A stretch of 62,000 nt of DNA from Acanthaster planci (Eukaryota). Below the pieces are notes generated by a model. It did no database searches. It saw only the letters and a program-made list of their open reading frames with translations, and was not told where the DNA came from. A program made the translations under genes and the position numbers. Below are positions 61,882-62,000 of this stretch, piece by piece. Location: NCBI RefSeq assembly GCF_001949145.1, contig NW_019091400.1:930001-992000 (forward strand). The letters are read 5' to 3'. Position 1 is the stretch's first letter; every line of letters starts with the position of its first letter.

Positions 61882-62000
61882 GTGAGTGGGAAGCATACTC
61901 CCTTATTGAGTAACCCATTACTCAATTGGTTCTTTTGTTGGAAACTTCCAAAGCCCATCTAGATCGAAATCTATTGTTTAGCGAGGGGTTCCATCTGAAG

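Overview
Gapped genomic scaffold from an animal, probably a marine invertebrate (spliced genes with GT-AG introns, SINE/MITE/LTR debris). Host genes: a 7-8 exon CLCC1 orthologue (+, 73-11623) with a tandemly duplicated intron/exon unit; two tandem 3-exon COMT-like methyltransferases (-, 15996-20323 and 30039-33758); and a short WW-EF-hand-ZZ dystrophin-family gene (+, from ~54029 to past the window end). Mobile DNA: a 5'-LTR/gag/protease Ty3/gypsy remnant (24481-~28825), a solo LTR (37533-38801) and several MITEs and SINEs. The most striking object is an 11.7 kb Polinton/Maverick-type endogenous viral element (39499-51238; AGTAGT...ACTACT termini, target-site duplication) with no visible polB, integrase, ATPase or major capsid. 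It consists of two diverged, inverted copies of the same gene-bearing arm around a cluster of membrane-protein genes. Its GasderminX-like gene has an N-terminal YPDL. In both arms a U-UUA-AAA slippery site leads into an unannotated -1 frame encoding PPxY and PTAP motifs, so all three ESCRT late-domain classes are present. Neighbouring genes include a myristoylated membrane-anchored protein and a TFIIB-like protein. Family assignments come from remembered motifs; no database search was run.
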